Part shown: positions 37,216-46,900 of the stretch, piece by piece
Layout of the letters: each line of letters starts with the position of its first letter
How positions within the stretch are numbered: position 1 is the first letter of the stretch
Source: Klebsiella pneumoniae
GTDB lineage: Bacteria; Pseudomonadota; Gammaproteobacteria; Pseudomonadales; UBA5518
Length of the DNA: 64,000 bases
Assembly (NCBI GenBank): GCA_945862145.1
Contig: CAMAXE010000005.1
Span: forward strand, 99,314 to 163,313
Direction of reading: 5' to 3'
Notes under the pieces: model-generated
Databases searched by the model: none
Seen by the model: the letters and a program-made list of their open reading frames with translations, nothing else
What the model was told of the DNA's origin: nothing
Translations under genes and position numbers: made by a program

Positions 37216-38990
37216 ACATAGCCCGCAAGAAGCTGCGCCTCGGCGATCTTCTGGTCGAAAGCAAGATCATCTCGCAACTCCAACTGGACACCGCACTGGA
37301 GGAACAGCGCAAGCTCGGCCGCAAGCTTGGGCGGATACTGGTCGACAAGGGTTATCTCACCGAGGACGGCCTGCTCTCTTTCCTGTCGCGCCAGCTCGCG
37401 GTGCCCTTCGTCGAGCTGAGCCACTACCAGTTCGAGCCCGCGGTGATTGCCCTGCTGCCCGAGATCTACGCCCGGCGGTTCCGCGCCATCGCCCTGAAAG
37501 ACAAGGGCGACTCGCTGCTGCTCGGGATGTCCGATCCCACCAACCTGTTCGCCTATGACGAGCTAGCGCGCATCATTGGCCGACCGATCGACATAGCCGT
37601 GGTGCGCGAGCAGGAACTGCTCGACATCATCGAGCGCGTCTACAAGCAGACCGATCGTATCAGCGGTATCGCCGAACAATTGAGCGACGAGCTCCGGGAA
37701 GGGGATTTCGACGTCGCGCAGCTCGCGGCGGATGCCGACCTCAGCGAAGCACCGGTGGTGAAGCTGCTGCACACGCTGTTCCAGGCCGCCGTGCAGGCGC
37801 GCGCCTCGGACATACACATCGAGCCCGATGAATCGGTGCTGCGCATCCGTCAGCGCATCGATGGCGTGCTGCTCGAGCAGGTGCTGAACGAACGCCGCAT
37901 CGCGCCGGCGCTGGTGCAGCGGCTGAAGCTGATGTCACAGCTCGATATCGCCGAAAAACGCCTGCCGCAGGATGGCCGTTTCAGCATCAAGGTGGGCGAC
38001 CGCCTGATCGACGTCCGTGTCTCCACCATGCCCCTGCAACACGGCGAATCCGTGGTGATGCGTCTGCTCGACCACCGCGAGGGTGTGAAGGATCTCGATG
38101 CCCTCGGCATGCCGGCCAATATCCTGCGCCGCTTCATGACGTCCATCCGCCGGCCCCACGGCATGGTGGTGGTGACCGGGCCCACCGGCAGCGGCAAGAC
38201 CTCCACGCTCTATTCAGCGCTCAAGCTGCTGAACGAGGCACGCTCGAAGATCGTCACCGTGGAAGACCCCGTGGAATACCGCCTGCCGCGCGTCAACCAG
38301 ATCCAGGTGAACCCGCAGATAGGCCTCACCTTCGCGCGCGTGCTGCGCACCACCTTGCGACAGGATCCCGACATTATCCTGGTGGGCGAAATGCGTGACC
38401 AGGAAACCGTGGAGATAGGTCTGCGGGCTGCCATCACGGGCCACTTGGTGCTCACCACGCTGCACACCAATGACGCCATCAGCACCATCACCCGCCTGCT
38501 CGACATGGGTGCCCCGAACTATCTGCTCGCCTCGGCCCTGCACGCCGTGATCGCGCAACGGCTGGTTCGTAAGGTCTGCGACAACTGCGCGCAACCCGAG
38601 CAGCCTACCGGGGCCGCACTCGGCTGGCTGCGCCTGAAGACCGGTCAGCAGGAACCCACCGGACTGTGGCGGCATGGCACGGGCTGCCACCAGTGCAGCA
38701 ACACCGGCTACAGGGGTCGTGTTGGCATCTACGAGATGCTGGTGGTCAGCCCGGCAATGAGCACCGCGTTGGCGGCCGGCGACTTCGTGGGTTTTGCCGA
38801 ACTCGGACGCTCGAGCCCGGGGTACCGCTCGCTGGAGCTGGCCGCACTGGATCGCGCGGCCGAGGGCGTAACCAGCATAGAAGAAGCCATCCGCGTCGCT
38901 GCCGAAAGTCTGCTGGCCGGCGACGAGGGCGAAGATGAAGACCTGCTTCCCGCACCACACGCCCCGCTCGAGCCGGCTGAATTGACGTGA
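37212..38990 (+). CDS. mshE: MshE, GspE-family pilus extension ATPase with N-terminal MshEN (c-di-GMP-binding) domain
   Basis: Tandem 'RLGDLLV...LEEQ' and 'KLGRILV...LSRQ' motifs, Walker A 'GPTGSGKTST', Walker B 'ILVGEMRD', His box 'GHLVLTTLHTN', and tetracysteine 'CDNC...CHQC'. GTGA overlap with mshN. Confidence 0.9.
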   Translation: MNIARKKLRLGDLLVESKIISQLQLDTALEEQRKLGRKLGRILVDKGYLTEDGLLSFLSRQLAVPFVELSHYQFEPAVIALLPEIYARRFRAIALKDKGDSLLLGMSDPTNLFAYDELARIIGRPIDIAVVREQELLDIIERVYKQTDRISGIAEQLSDELREGDFDVAQLAADADLSEAPVVKLLHTLFQAAVQARASDIHIEPDESVLRIRQRIDGVLLEQVLNERRIAPALVQRLKLMSQLDIAEKRLPQDGRFSIKVGDRLIDVRVSTMPLQHGESVVMRLLDHREGVKDLDALGMPANILRRFMTSIRRPHGMVVVTGPTGSGKTSTLYSALKLLNEARSKIVTVEDPVEYRLPRVNQIQVNPQIGLTFARVLRTTLRQDPDIILVGEMRDQETVEIGLRAAITGHLVLTTLHTNDAISTITRLLDMGAPNYLLASALHAVIAQRLVRKVCDNCAQPEQPTGAALGWLRLKTGQQEPTGLWRHGTGCHQCSNTGYRGRVGIYEMLVVSPAMSTALAAGDFVGFAELGRSSPGYRSLELAALDRAAEGVTSIEEAIRVAAESLLAGDEGEDEDLLPAPHAPLEPAELT

Positions 38991-40213
38991 CCACCTACCA
39001 GTACCGCGGACGCGGTCGCCGCGGCGATCTGCTCGAGGGCGCGCTGGAGGCCGCCTCCACCGAGGCGGTGGCGCGCCAGTTGATGAACAGCGGCATCACC
39101 CCGATCGATATCAGCGAAGCCCGCCCGCGCGCGGACGTCTTTGAATCACTGCGTCGCCGGCGCGACCCGGTGGCGCCGGAACTCTCCGAGCTGGTGCTGC
39201 TCTCGCGGCAGATGTACACACTCATGAAAGCAGGGGTTCCGCTCGCGCAGGCACTGCTCGGTCTGGCCAGGTCAAACCGCAACAATATGCTCCGCGAGGT
39301 ACTGGAGAACGTCAAAGCCACCGTGGAAGGCGGCCGCGAGCTGTCGGCAGCACTCGCCCAGCACCCGAAGATATTCTCGTCGCTCTACGTAAACACGGTG
39401 AAAATCGGCGAGAACACGGGGCGGCTGGACGAGGCGTTCCTGCGGCTCTCGGAGTATCTCGACCGAGATCGTGATACGCGCAGCCGCATCAAGACGGCCC
39501 TGCGCTACCCCTCCTTCGTGCTCGTGGCGATCTCCATCGCCATCGGCGTGATCAACGTGATGGTGATCCCGCAATTTGCCAAGATCTTCGAGCGCGCACA
39601 TGTCGCGCTCCCGCTGCCCACCCGGCTCATCATCGGCACGTCCAATTTCTTCGTGAGCTGGTGGCCGGCGTTGATAGCGCTCGCCATAGGGGCTGCGGTG
39701 GGATTCCAGGTCTGGCGCCGAACTGAGGAAGGCACCTACCGCTGGGACGGGTTCAAGCTGCGGATTCCCATCGTCGGCGACATCATCTACCGGGCCACAC
39801 TGGGCCGCTTTGCGCGGGGGTTTGCGATGGCACTGGCGGCCGGCGTACCCCTCACGCAGGCGCTCTCGATCATGGCGCAGGCAGTGGACAACGAGTACAT
39901 CGGCGAACGGATCCGCAATATCCGCACGGGCGTCGAGCGCGGCGAGTCTCTGACCCGCACTGCTACGGCCACTGGCATGTTCACGCCGCTGGTACTGCAA
40001 ATGCTTGCGGTGGGGGAGGAAGCCGGGGCCATCGACACCCTGCTAACCGAGGTCGCAGGTTTCTACGAGCGGGAAGTAGATTATGACGTCAAGAACCTGA
40101 GTCAGGCGATCGAGCCCATCCTGATCGCGGTGCTGGCGGGTTTTGTGCTGATTTTTGCCTTGGGGGTCTTCCTGCCTTTGTGGGACCTGGCACTGGTGAA
40201 GACGAAGGGCTGA
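38987..40213 (+). CDS. mshG: MshG, GspF/PilC-family platform protein
   Basis: 408 aa, with the duplicated GspF domain architecture and three hydrophobic segments. GTGA overlap with mshE. Confidence 0.9.
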   Translation: MTTYQYRGRGRRGDLLEGALEAASTEAVARQLMNSGITPIDISEARPRADVFESLRRRRDPVAPELSELVLLSRQMYTLMKAGVPLAQALLGLARSNRNNMLREVLENVKATVEGGRELSAALAQHPKIFSSLYVNTVKIGENTGRLDEAFLRLSEYLDRDRDTRSRIKTALRYPSFVLVAISIAIGVINVMVIPQFAKIFERAHVALPLPTRLIIGTSNFFVSWWPALIALAIGAAVGFQVWRRTEEGTYRWDGFKLRIPIVGDIIYRATLGRFARGFAMALAAGVPLTQALSIMAQAVDNEYIGERIRNIRTGVERGESLTRTATATGMFTPLVLQMLAVGEEAGAIDTLLTEVAGFYEREVDYDVKNLSQAIEPILIAVLAGFVLIFALGVFLPLWDLALVKTKG

Positions 40214-40254
40214 GAGATACGCGTGCCGAGGCCGGAAAAAATACCGGCTTGGTG

Positions 40255-40270
40255 CGGCATTCAGCGAGCA
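40255..40270 (+). promoter_or_regulatory. Possible sigma-54 (-24/-12) promoter for the pilin block
   Basis: CGGCAT-TCAGC-GAGCA versus consensus TGGCAC-N5-TTGCA. The GG (40256-57) and GC (40268-69) dinucleotides are at the correct 12-nt offset, about 48 nt upstream of the pilin GTG. Weak match. Confidence 0.25.
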
Positions 40271-40317
40271 CCGTGCTAGTATCAAATCCGGCTCATGAAC
40301 CATGGCGAGGTTTCTGC

Positions 40318-40761
40318 GTGCAACGTCAATCCGGTTTTACCCTGATCGAACTCATCACCGTGATCGTGATCCTCGGCGTACTCGCCGCCTTCGCGGTCCC
40401 GCGGTTCTCCGGTCTGGAGACCCAAGCCCGCATCTCCGCCGTCAACGCACTGGCCGGCAGCGCCCGCAGCGGGGCGGCGTTGGCGCATGCAATCTGGCTC
40501 GCCAACGGCGCGGCGAGCAATGCCTCCGTCACCATGGAAGGTTCGACGGTAGCCATGACCTTCAGCTACCCCTCGGCCCTGTCGACCGGCATAGAAGCAA
40601 CCCTGCAGGACATCACGGGGTTCACTGGCGCGGTGGTCGGCTCTACTTACGTTTTCAGCTTCACCGCGGCACCCACCGCTGCCAATTGCAAGGTCACGTA
40701 TACCCCGGCGGCCTCTCTCACGACCGCGCCAAGCTTTAGCACCACGACCGGCGGGTGCTGA
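40318..40761 (+). CDS. mshA: MshA-like type IVa major pilin, paralogue 1
   Basis: In-frame GTG 40318 inside ORF 40180-40761. Leader MQRQSG|FTLIELITVIVILG with Glu5. Cys pair 'ANC...GGC*' reaches the C-terminus. Confidence 0.85.
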   Translation: MQRQSGFTLIELITVIVILGVLAAFAVPRFSGLETQARISAVNALAGSARSGAALAHAIWLANGAASNASVTMEGSTVAMTFSYPSALSTGIEATLQDITGFTGAVVGSTYVFSFTAAPTAANCKVTYTPAASLTTAPSFSTTTGGC

Positions 40762-40792
40762 TAGGCACACCTCCAAACGACACCCCGCTCCG

Positions 40793-41311
40793 TTGGCAGC
40801 GCAGGTTCGTTTCGAACTGTGCCGCGGCCGCTCGGGTGGCGCGCGTAGCGACGGCGGCTTCACTCTGGTAGAACTGGTCACCGTGATGGTGATTGCAGGT
40901 ATCCTTGCCGCGGTGGCCAGTCCCAGGTTTTTCTCCAACGACAGCTTCAAGATCGCCGGCTTCGCAGGAGAGGTGCGCTCGGGACTGCGCCATGCACAGG
41001 CCGTGGCCATGGCTTCGGGCTGCGATATCCGGGTGTCTCTGGGATCGAGCGACTTCGTGCTGCAGCGCTGGTCGGGGGGCTTGGGCTGCAATGACCACAG
41101 CGGATCGCTGGTCACCCTGACACGCCCTGGCGGAGGGAGTTTCCTGGCCAGCGTGCCCGCGAACGTCTCCATCGGCACCGCAAACGTTTATTTCGACAGC
41201 ATGGGCAAGCCCCACGATGCGGCTTCGGGCGCGCTGCTCGGTTCAGCGCTGTCGCTTGCCATCGGCACCGACACCATCACGGTCAACGCCGAAACGGGCT
41301 TCGTCCAGTGA
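40793..41311 (+). CDS. mshC: GspH/FimT-like minor pilin (MshC-like)
   Basis: 'GG|FTLVELVTVMVIAGILA' prepilin N-terminus followed by a GspH-type 'FAGEVRSGLRHAQAVAMASG' region. TTG start gives an unusually long 22-aa leader, so the start is uncertain. Confidence 0.7.
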   Translation: MAAQVRFELCRGRSGGARSDGGFTLVELVTVMVIAGILAAVASPRFFSNDSFKIAGFAGEVRSGLRHAQAVAMASGCDIRVSLGSSDFVLQRWSGGLGCNDHSGSLVTLTRPGGGSFLASVPANVSIGTANVYFDSMGKPHDAASGALLGSALSLAIGTDTITVNAETGFVQ

Positions 41312-41871
41312 GAGGCCCCGGATCCCAGCGCGGACTCACTTTCATAGAACTGATCGCCAGTATCGTCATCATCTCGGTGGCTACCATCGGGCTCATGGCA
41401 GCCGTATCGGCAGCGGTAGGCCGCAGCGCCGACCCCCTGATCCAGATCCAGGCGACTGCCATTGCCGCAGCCTACCTGGAGGAGGCTACCCTCGCGCCGC
41501 TCTGCGACCCTTCCTATGGTCCCGACGGCAACGCCTCCACCACCTGTCGCGACGAGTGCACCACCAGCCCCTGCAGCGGCGGCTGCGGCGGCGCGATCTT
41601 CGGCGCCGAAACCGGGCGCTCCTCGTTTGACGACGTCTGCGACTACAGCGGCCTGCGCGACAGCGGCGCCAAGGACCGCCAGGGCGCGGCACTGAGCGGC
41701 CTGTCCGGCTACACGGTGAATGTCTCGGTGCTGGACGGCAGCAGCGTCTCGCTGGGCAGCCCGGCCCTTAGCGCCACCGCAGGGCGGGTGGTGCGGCTAG
41801 AGGTTCAGGTGTCTAATCCGGGCCTTAACTCCCCGATCACCCTCGTCGGCTACAAGGCAAACCTCGAGTGA
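41308..41871 (+). CDS. mshD: Minor pilin, MshD-like
   Basis: 'RG|LTFIELIASIVI' prepilin N-terminus. Cys-rich central segment. GTGA overlap. Confidence 0.7.
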   Translation: MRGPGSQRGLTFIELIASIVIISVATIGLMAAVSAAVGRSADPLIQIQATAIAAAYLEEATLAPLCDPSYGPDGNASTTCRDECTTSPCSGGCGGAIFGAETGRSSFDDVCDYSGLRDSGAKDRQGAALSGLSGYTVNVSVLDGSSVSLGSPALSATAGRVVRLEVQVSNPGLNSPITLVGYKANLE

Positions 41872-42764
41872 GGCACGCAGCGGGAAGCACGGCGCGCGGA
41901 TTCACGCTGATCGAACTGGTCACGGTGATCACGCTGAGTGCGATCCTGAGCGTGGTGGTGTGGCGTAACATCAGCCTGCCCATAAGGGCGTTTTCCGATA
42001 TCACACGCCGCGCGGAAACAGTAGCAACCGCCCAACTGGCCATGGAACGAATGGCTCGTGAAATCCGCCTTGCGCTGCCTAACAGTCTGCGGGTATCGGG
42101 AGACGGCTCGGCCATCGAACTGCTGCGCACGTCATCAAGCGGGCGCTATCGCGCCGAGCTGAATCCGAGCGACGCCGCCTCCGACGCGCTTAACCTCAGT
42201 GCCAGCAGCGACACCTTCCAGGTGCTCGGAAGCTGGAGCATGCCAGCCGGCCTGCGCACCGGTAGCGGGCTGCCCCAATGCCTTGCGGGTACGGCCGATT
42301 GCCTCGCGATCTACAACACCGGAAGTCCCGCAACCTGCAGCAGCCAGACAGCGGGCACACGCACCAATGCGTGGTGCGGCGACAATCTGGCTGGCATCCT
42401 GAGCGCCAATTCGACAACCGGCGTGGTATCTGCAAGTCGCGCCTCGGCAGGCACCGCATGGCCGACCGGTTCACCGCAGCAACGCTTTTACGTGGTCGAT
42501 ACGGCGCTCAGCTTCGTCTGCGCCGACGGCATGCTGCGCCGATATTCGGGTTATGCCATTGCCAGCACCCAGCCGGTGCCGCCTGCCGTGACCGGGGCGC
42601 TGCTCGCCGATCACATCGGCGCCTGCACCTTTAGCTACGAGGCTGGCAGTGCATCGCGCGCGGGGCTGTTATCCATCCAGCTGACCCTGTCCTACTCGAC
42701 GCCCGACGAAACCACCGAACAGTTATCCCTGCTCGAACAAGTACACGTGCCCAACTCGCCATGA
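41868..42764 (+). CDS. mshO: Minor pilin/biogenesis protein, MshO-like
   Basis: 'RG|FTLIELVTVITL' prepilin N-terminus. 298 aa; size and position match mshO. GTGA overlap. Confidence 0.7.
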   Translation: MRHAAGSTARGFTLIELVTVITLSAILSVVVWRNISLPIRAFSDITRRAETVATAQLAMERMAREIRLALPNSLRVSGDGSAIELLRTSSSGRYRAELNPSDAASDALNLSASSDTFQVLGSWSMPAGLRTGSGLPQCLAGTADCLAIYNTGSPATCSSQTAGTRTNAWCGDNLAGILSANSTTGVVSASRASAGTAWPTGSPQQRFYVVDTALSFVCADGMLRRYSGYAIASTQPVPPAVTGALLADHIGACTFSYEAGSASRAGLLSIQLTLSYSTPDETTEQLSLLEQVHVPNSP

Positions 42765-43171
42765 ACAGCCCAAAGTACCCGCGGGGATTCTCCCTGGTCT
42801 CGGCCGTATTCCTGCTGGTCGTAGTAGCACTTATCGCGGGCTATGCCGTGTCGATCGGCACCTCGCAGCAGGCGGACAGCTCGCTCGCGCTGCTGGGCAA
42901 GCGAGCAGACTTTGCGGCGCGCAGCGGTCTCGAATGGGCCATCGCCCGGGTCCTGCAGGACAGCAGCTGTCCCCCAAGCGGCACGACGTTCTCCCCTGCG
43001 GGCACCGGAATCGGCAATTTCGTGGTGTCAGTGAGCTGCAGTTCGACGACGGTGTCCGAGGGCGCGAGCACCTACCCTGTTTACAGCCTGGGCGTGACTG
43101 CGACCCTGGGCAGCGAGGGTACCGAGGACTTCGCGAGACGCAGCCTGAGCGCCCAGGTGAGCGGTACCTGA
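42761..43171 (+). CDS. mshP: MshP-like protein (pilin-like N-terminus lacking Glu5)
   Basis: 'PRG|FSLVSAVFLLVVVALIAG'. 136 aa. ATGA overlap with the preceding gene. Confidence 0.6.
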   Translation: MNSPKYPRGFSLVSAVFLLVVVALIAGYAVSIGTSQQADSSLALLGKRADFAARSGLEWAIARVLQDSSCPPSGTTFSPAGTGIGNFVVSVSCSSTTVSEGASTYPVYSLGVTATLGSEGTEDFARRSLSAQVSGT

Positions 43172-43262
43172 AAAAGTCCCTGCGCTTGACGCTGCCGTGG
43201 CTGGCCTTCCCGCAAATCAGTGCTATTCTTCACTTAATCAATCTGCCTAGGAGATCGCTTCC

Positions 43263-43703
43263 GTGCAACGTCAGTCTGGCTTCACGCTCATAGAACTTAT
43301 CACTGTCATCGTCGTACTCGGCATTCTTGCCGCGTTCGCCATCCCGCGATTCGCGGGCCTCGAAACGCAAGCCAGGATAGCAACCGTCAAAGGGATGGCA
43401 GGAGCGGTCAAAAGCGGTGCGGCACTTGCCCATGCACTGTACATCGTTGACGGCAGCAACCCCGCGACCGTCACGATGGAAGGCCAAGCGGTCGCTATCG
43501 TCAATGGCTACCCCTCCGATGCGGTAGCGGGGATCGTGAAAACCATACAGGACACCACAGGCTTTACCTCGGCAGCAAATAGCAACGGCTGGCTCTTGTC
43601 CTTCACGAATGCACCGACCGCGGCCACCTGCTCGGTTGAATACATAGAACCTGCGGCACTCAACACGCCGCCCACGGTTACCATTCTCGACGGCGGCTGC
43701 TAA
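43263..43703 (+). CDS. mshA: MshA-like type IVa major pilin, paralogue 2
   Basis: GTG start 9 nt after AGGAG. Same leader as paralogue 1 (MQRQSG|FTLIELITVIVVLG) and same '...TC...GGC*' Cys pattern. More A/T-ending codons, including four ATA Ile codons. Confidence 0.85.
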   Translation: MQRQSGFTLIELITVIVVLGILAAFAIPRFAGLETQARIATVKGMAGAVKSGAALAHALYIVDGSNPATVTMEGQAVAIVNGYPSDAVAGIVKTIQDTTGFTSAANSNGWLLSFTNAPTAATCSVEYIEPAALNTPPTVTILDGGC

Positions 43704-43996
43704 AGGCTCACTGTCGGAGCTATCCAGCGGCAGCGTTGAGCTGTCGCTGGTGGCGGCCAGACAGGTTTGCACTCGACTCAAGCCAATTCCCTGCCCTCGC
43801 CTTTTGCCCACTACGCGCTTTGAATTGTTGCCGACGCAGGTCTGTTGAGCTGCGCTGCTCGTATTTCCCATCGAAGCCAGAAATCAAGGCGAACGGTTCG
43901 GCAGGAATTCTGGCCGCGCCAGCGGAGCCCCCGCTAAATTGCCCCGCCCCGCCCACGCCCGTATGATTCTCGGCTCGTTAACGGGGATCACCGCAC

Positions 43997-46900
43997 ATGC
44001 TTTCGCTCGCTTTCGGCCTGCAGTTCACCGACCTCTACGCGCGTGACGGCCTGCTGCGAATTGACCAGGCTTTCCTCGAGCACCTGGCGGCCGCGGACGC
44101 ATCCCTCCGGGACACCCTGCGGGGTGCCCGACAGGCGCCTGCAGCGCTCGCCCGCAAGGCCGAATCCGAACTCCTGATCGCGCTCGCCTCGCATTTGGAA
44201 GACTTCATCGCGCGGCTCTTTGGTATCGAGTCCGAAGCACGCGCACTGGCCGCGACTCACCACGCACTCGCCCCGCTCTACACCGTGAAGCGGCTCTTCG
44301 TGCAGCGCTTCGCACTCACGAAAATCAAGGAAGCCGATCTGGCCGGATTTGATCCGGAAGCTACGCGCACGTCGCTCTTTGGTACGGATTTCAGCGAACT
44401 GGGGTTTGCCCATCAGGTGCTCGTCTGGCAACGGGACGAGACGGCCAACGCCGCCGAACTCGGTCTTGCCGCACGCTATGCCGCATGGGCCGCAGGCACG
44501 GCCGCAGGACGTGCCCTGCACGGCCAAGGCGTGCTGTTCAAGGCGCCCAAAAAACTGGATCACCAGCGACTGGTGCCGCTGGTCACCGAGGAAACTCTCG
44601 GCTTCTCCCGTCACAGCCTGGAACACACACGCCGGCGCGAGGGCTTTGCACTCACCGATGAAGGCACGGATCTGGCCGGGGCGCTGGACGAGGCGAACTA
44701 CTGCATCTGGTGCCACGAGCAGGGTCGCGATTCCTGCTCCAGCGGCCTGCGCGAGAAAGCCGCCAAGGGCGCCCCGCCCGAGAGCGCGCCCTTCCGCAAG
44801 AGCCCCTTCGGCGTGACGCTCGCGGGCTGCCCGCTCGAGGAAAAAATCTCCGAATTCCACCTGGTGAAGACCCGCGGCGAACCGCTCGCGGCGCTGGCGA
44901 TGATCGTGGTGGATAACCCGATGGCAGCCGCCACCGGGCACCGCATCTGTAACGACTGCATGAAGTCCTGCATCTACCAGAAACAGGATCCGGTCAACAT
45001 CCCGCAGGCCGAGACCCGCACGCTCAAAGACGTGCTAGAACTGCCCTGGGGCTTCGAGATTTACTCGCTGCTCACACGCTGGAATCCGCTCAATATCCAC
45101 CGCCCCGTGCCGCTGCCAGACAGCGGCCGCAAGGTGCTGGTCGTGGGCCTGGGGCCGGCGGGTTTCACGCTGGCGCATCACCTGATGAACGACGGCCATA
45201 CGGTGCTCGGCATCGACGGTCTGAAGATCGAGCCACTGGAGCCGGAGCTCTCGGGCGTGGGCGGCACGGGGCGCACACCCTTTGTGCCAGTGCATCGCAT
45301 CGAGGACCTGCGCGAACCGCTCGATGCGCGCGTGATGGCGGGTTTCGGCGGCGTTGCCGAATACGGCATCACGGTGCGCTGGGACAAGAACTTCCTGAAG
45401 CTGGTGCGGTTGCTGGTGGAGCGACGCGAGCAGTTCGCGATGTTCGGCGGCGTGCGCTTCGGCGGCACGCTCACCGCAGACGACGCCTGGCGCATGGGCT
45501 TCGACCACATCGCGCTCTGTATCGGCGCGGGCGGTCCCACGGTGCTCGACATACCCAACGGTCTGGCGCGCGGCGTACGCGCGGCATCGGATTTCCTGAT
45601 GGCGCTGCAGCTGACCGGTGCGGCCAAGCAGGATTCCATCGCCAACATGCAACTGCGCCTGCCTGTGGTGGTGATTGGCGGTGGACTCACTGCCATCGAC
45701 ACCGCCACCGAATCGCTCGCCTATTACGTGGTGCAGATCGAGAAATTCTTGGCCCGCTACGAGACGCTGGCACGGGAAAACAGCGAGGAATCCGTGCGCG
45801 CAAGCTGGGATGACTACGAGCGTGAGATCGCCGAGGAATTCCTCGCCCATGCGCGCGCCATCCGCCAGGAACGCGCGCAGGCCGCCACCCAGGGGCGCAA
45901 TGCGCGGGTGGTCGAGATGCTGCGCCACTGGGGTGGGGTGACCATCGCCTACCGGCGGCGTCTGATCGACAGCCCCTCCTACACGCTGAATCACGAGGAA
46001 GTCGAGAAGGCGCTGGAGGAAGGCATCTGGTTCGCCGAGGGGCTGAGTCCCACCGGCGTCGACGTTGACCACTATGGCGCGGCCCGCGGCATACGCCTGA
46101 AGAACGGCCAGACCGGCACCGAGCACTGGTTCCCTGCACGCACGGTATTCGTGGCCGCAGGCACGCAGCCCAACACCGTGCTCGCGCGCGAATTCCCCGG
46201 CAGTTACACGCTGGACAGAAAGTACTTCGCGGCGGTCGACGAAGCGGGTCATCCGGCAAAACCCGAGAAAGGCGCGGCCAAACCTGCCACCCCGCAGGTG
46301 CTCATGAAGCGCGAGCCTGACGGGCGCTTCATCAGCTACTTCGGTGACGTGCACCCCAGCTACTTCGGCAATGTCGTCAAGGCGATGGCTTCCGCCAAAC
46401 AGGGCTATCCGGTGGTCTCACGCGCGCTCGCCGGCCGTACACCGCAGGCAGCCACAGGTGGCGTGGAATTCCTCGCCGCTTTCGGGCCACAGTTGTTGGC
46501 GACGGTGCACCATGTCGAGCGGCTGACGCCCACCATCGTCGAGGTGGTGGTGCACGCACCGCTCGCGGCAGCCCGCTTCCAGCCCGGGCAGTTTTACCGC
46601 CTGCAGAATCTCGAAAACCGGGCGCCGGCAATCGATGGCACCCGCTTGCAGATGGAAGGCCTCGCCATGACCGGCGCCTGGGTCGACCGCGAGCAAGGGC
46701 TGGTGTCGGTGGTCGCGCTGGAGATGGGCGGCTCGAGCAACCTTTGCGCGATGCTCCAGCCCGGTGAGCCGGTGATTCTGATGGGCCCCACCGGAGCGCC
46801 CACCGAGATCGAACCCAACGAGACCGTGCTGCTCTGCGGCGGCGGTCTTGGCAATGCGGTGCTGTTCTCGATCGGCGCGGCATTCCGCGCCGCGGGCTCG

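Noticed and set aside
40231-40248. GCCGG-N8-CCGGC hairpin after mshG as an intrinsic terminator
   Set aside because: It has only a 5-bp stem with an A-rich 8-nt loop and two trailing T residues. That is too weak to call.
43172-43262. Sigma-54 or sigma-70 promoter for the second pilin gene (TGGC...GC and TTGACG...TATTCT candidates)
   Set aside because: The GG/GC spacing is off by 1-3 nt for every sigma-54 register. The TTGACG/TATTCT pair is 32 nt apart. Neither is supportable by eye.
43720-43966. Small ORFs (78 aa minus strand, 76 aa plus strand) in the gap after the second pilin gene
   Set aside because: They have no RBS, overlap each other on opposite strands, and give Arg/Cys/Pro-rich or Gly/Ala-rich products with no features. 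I treat the gap as non-coding.
45035-46354. 439-aa minus-strand ORF
   Set aside because: It is antisense to the Rossmann-fold core of the 1158-aa oxidoreductase.
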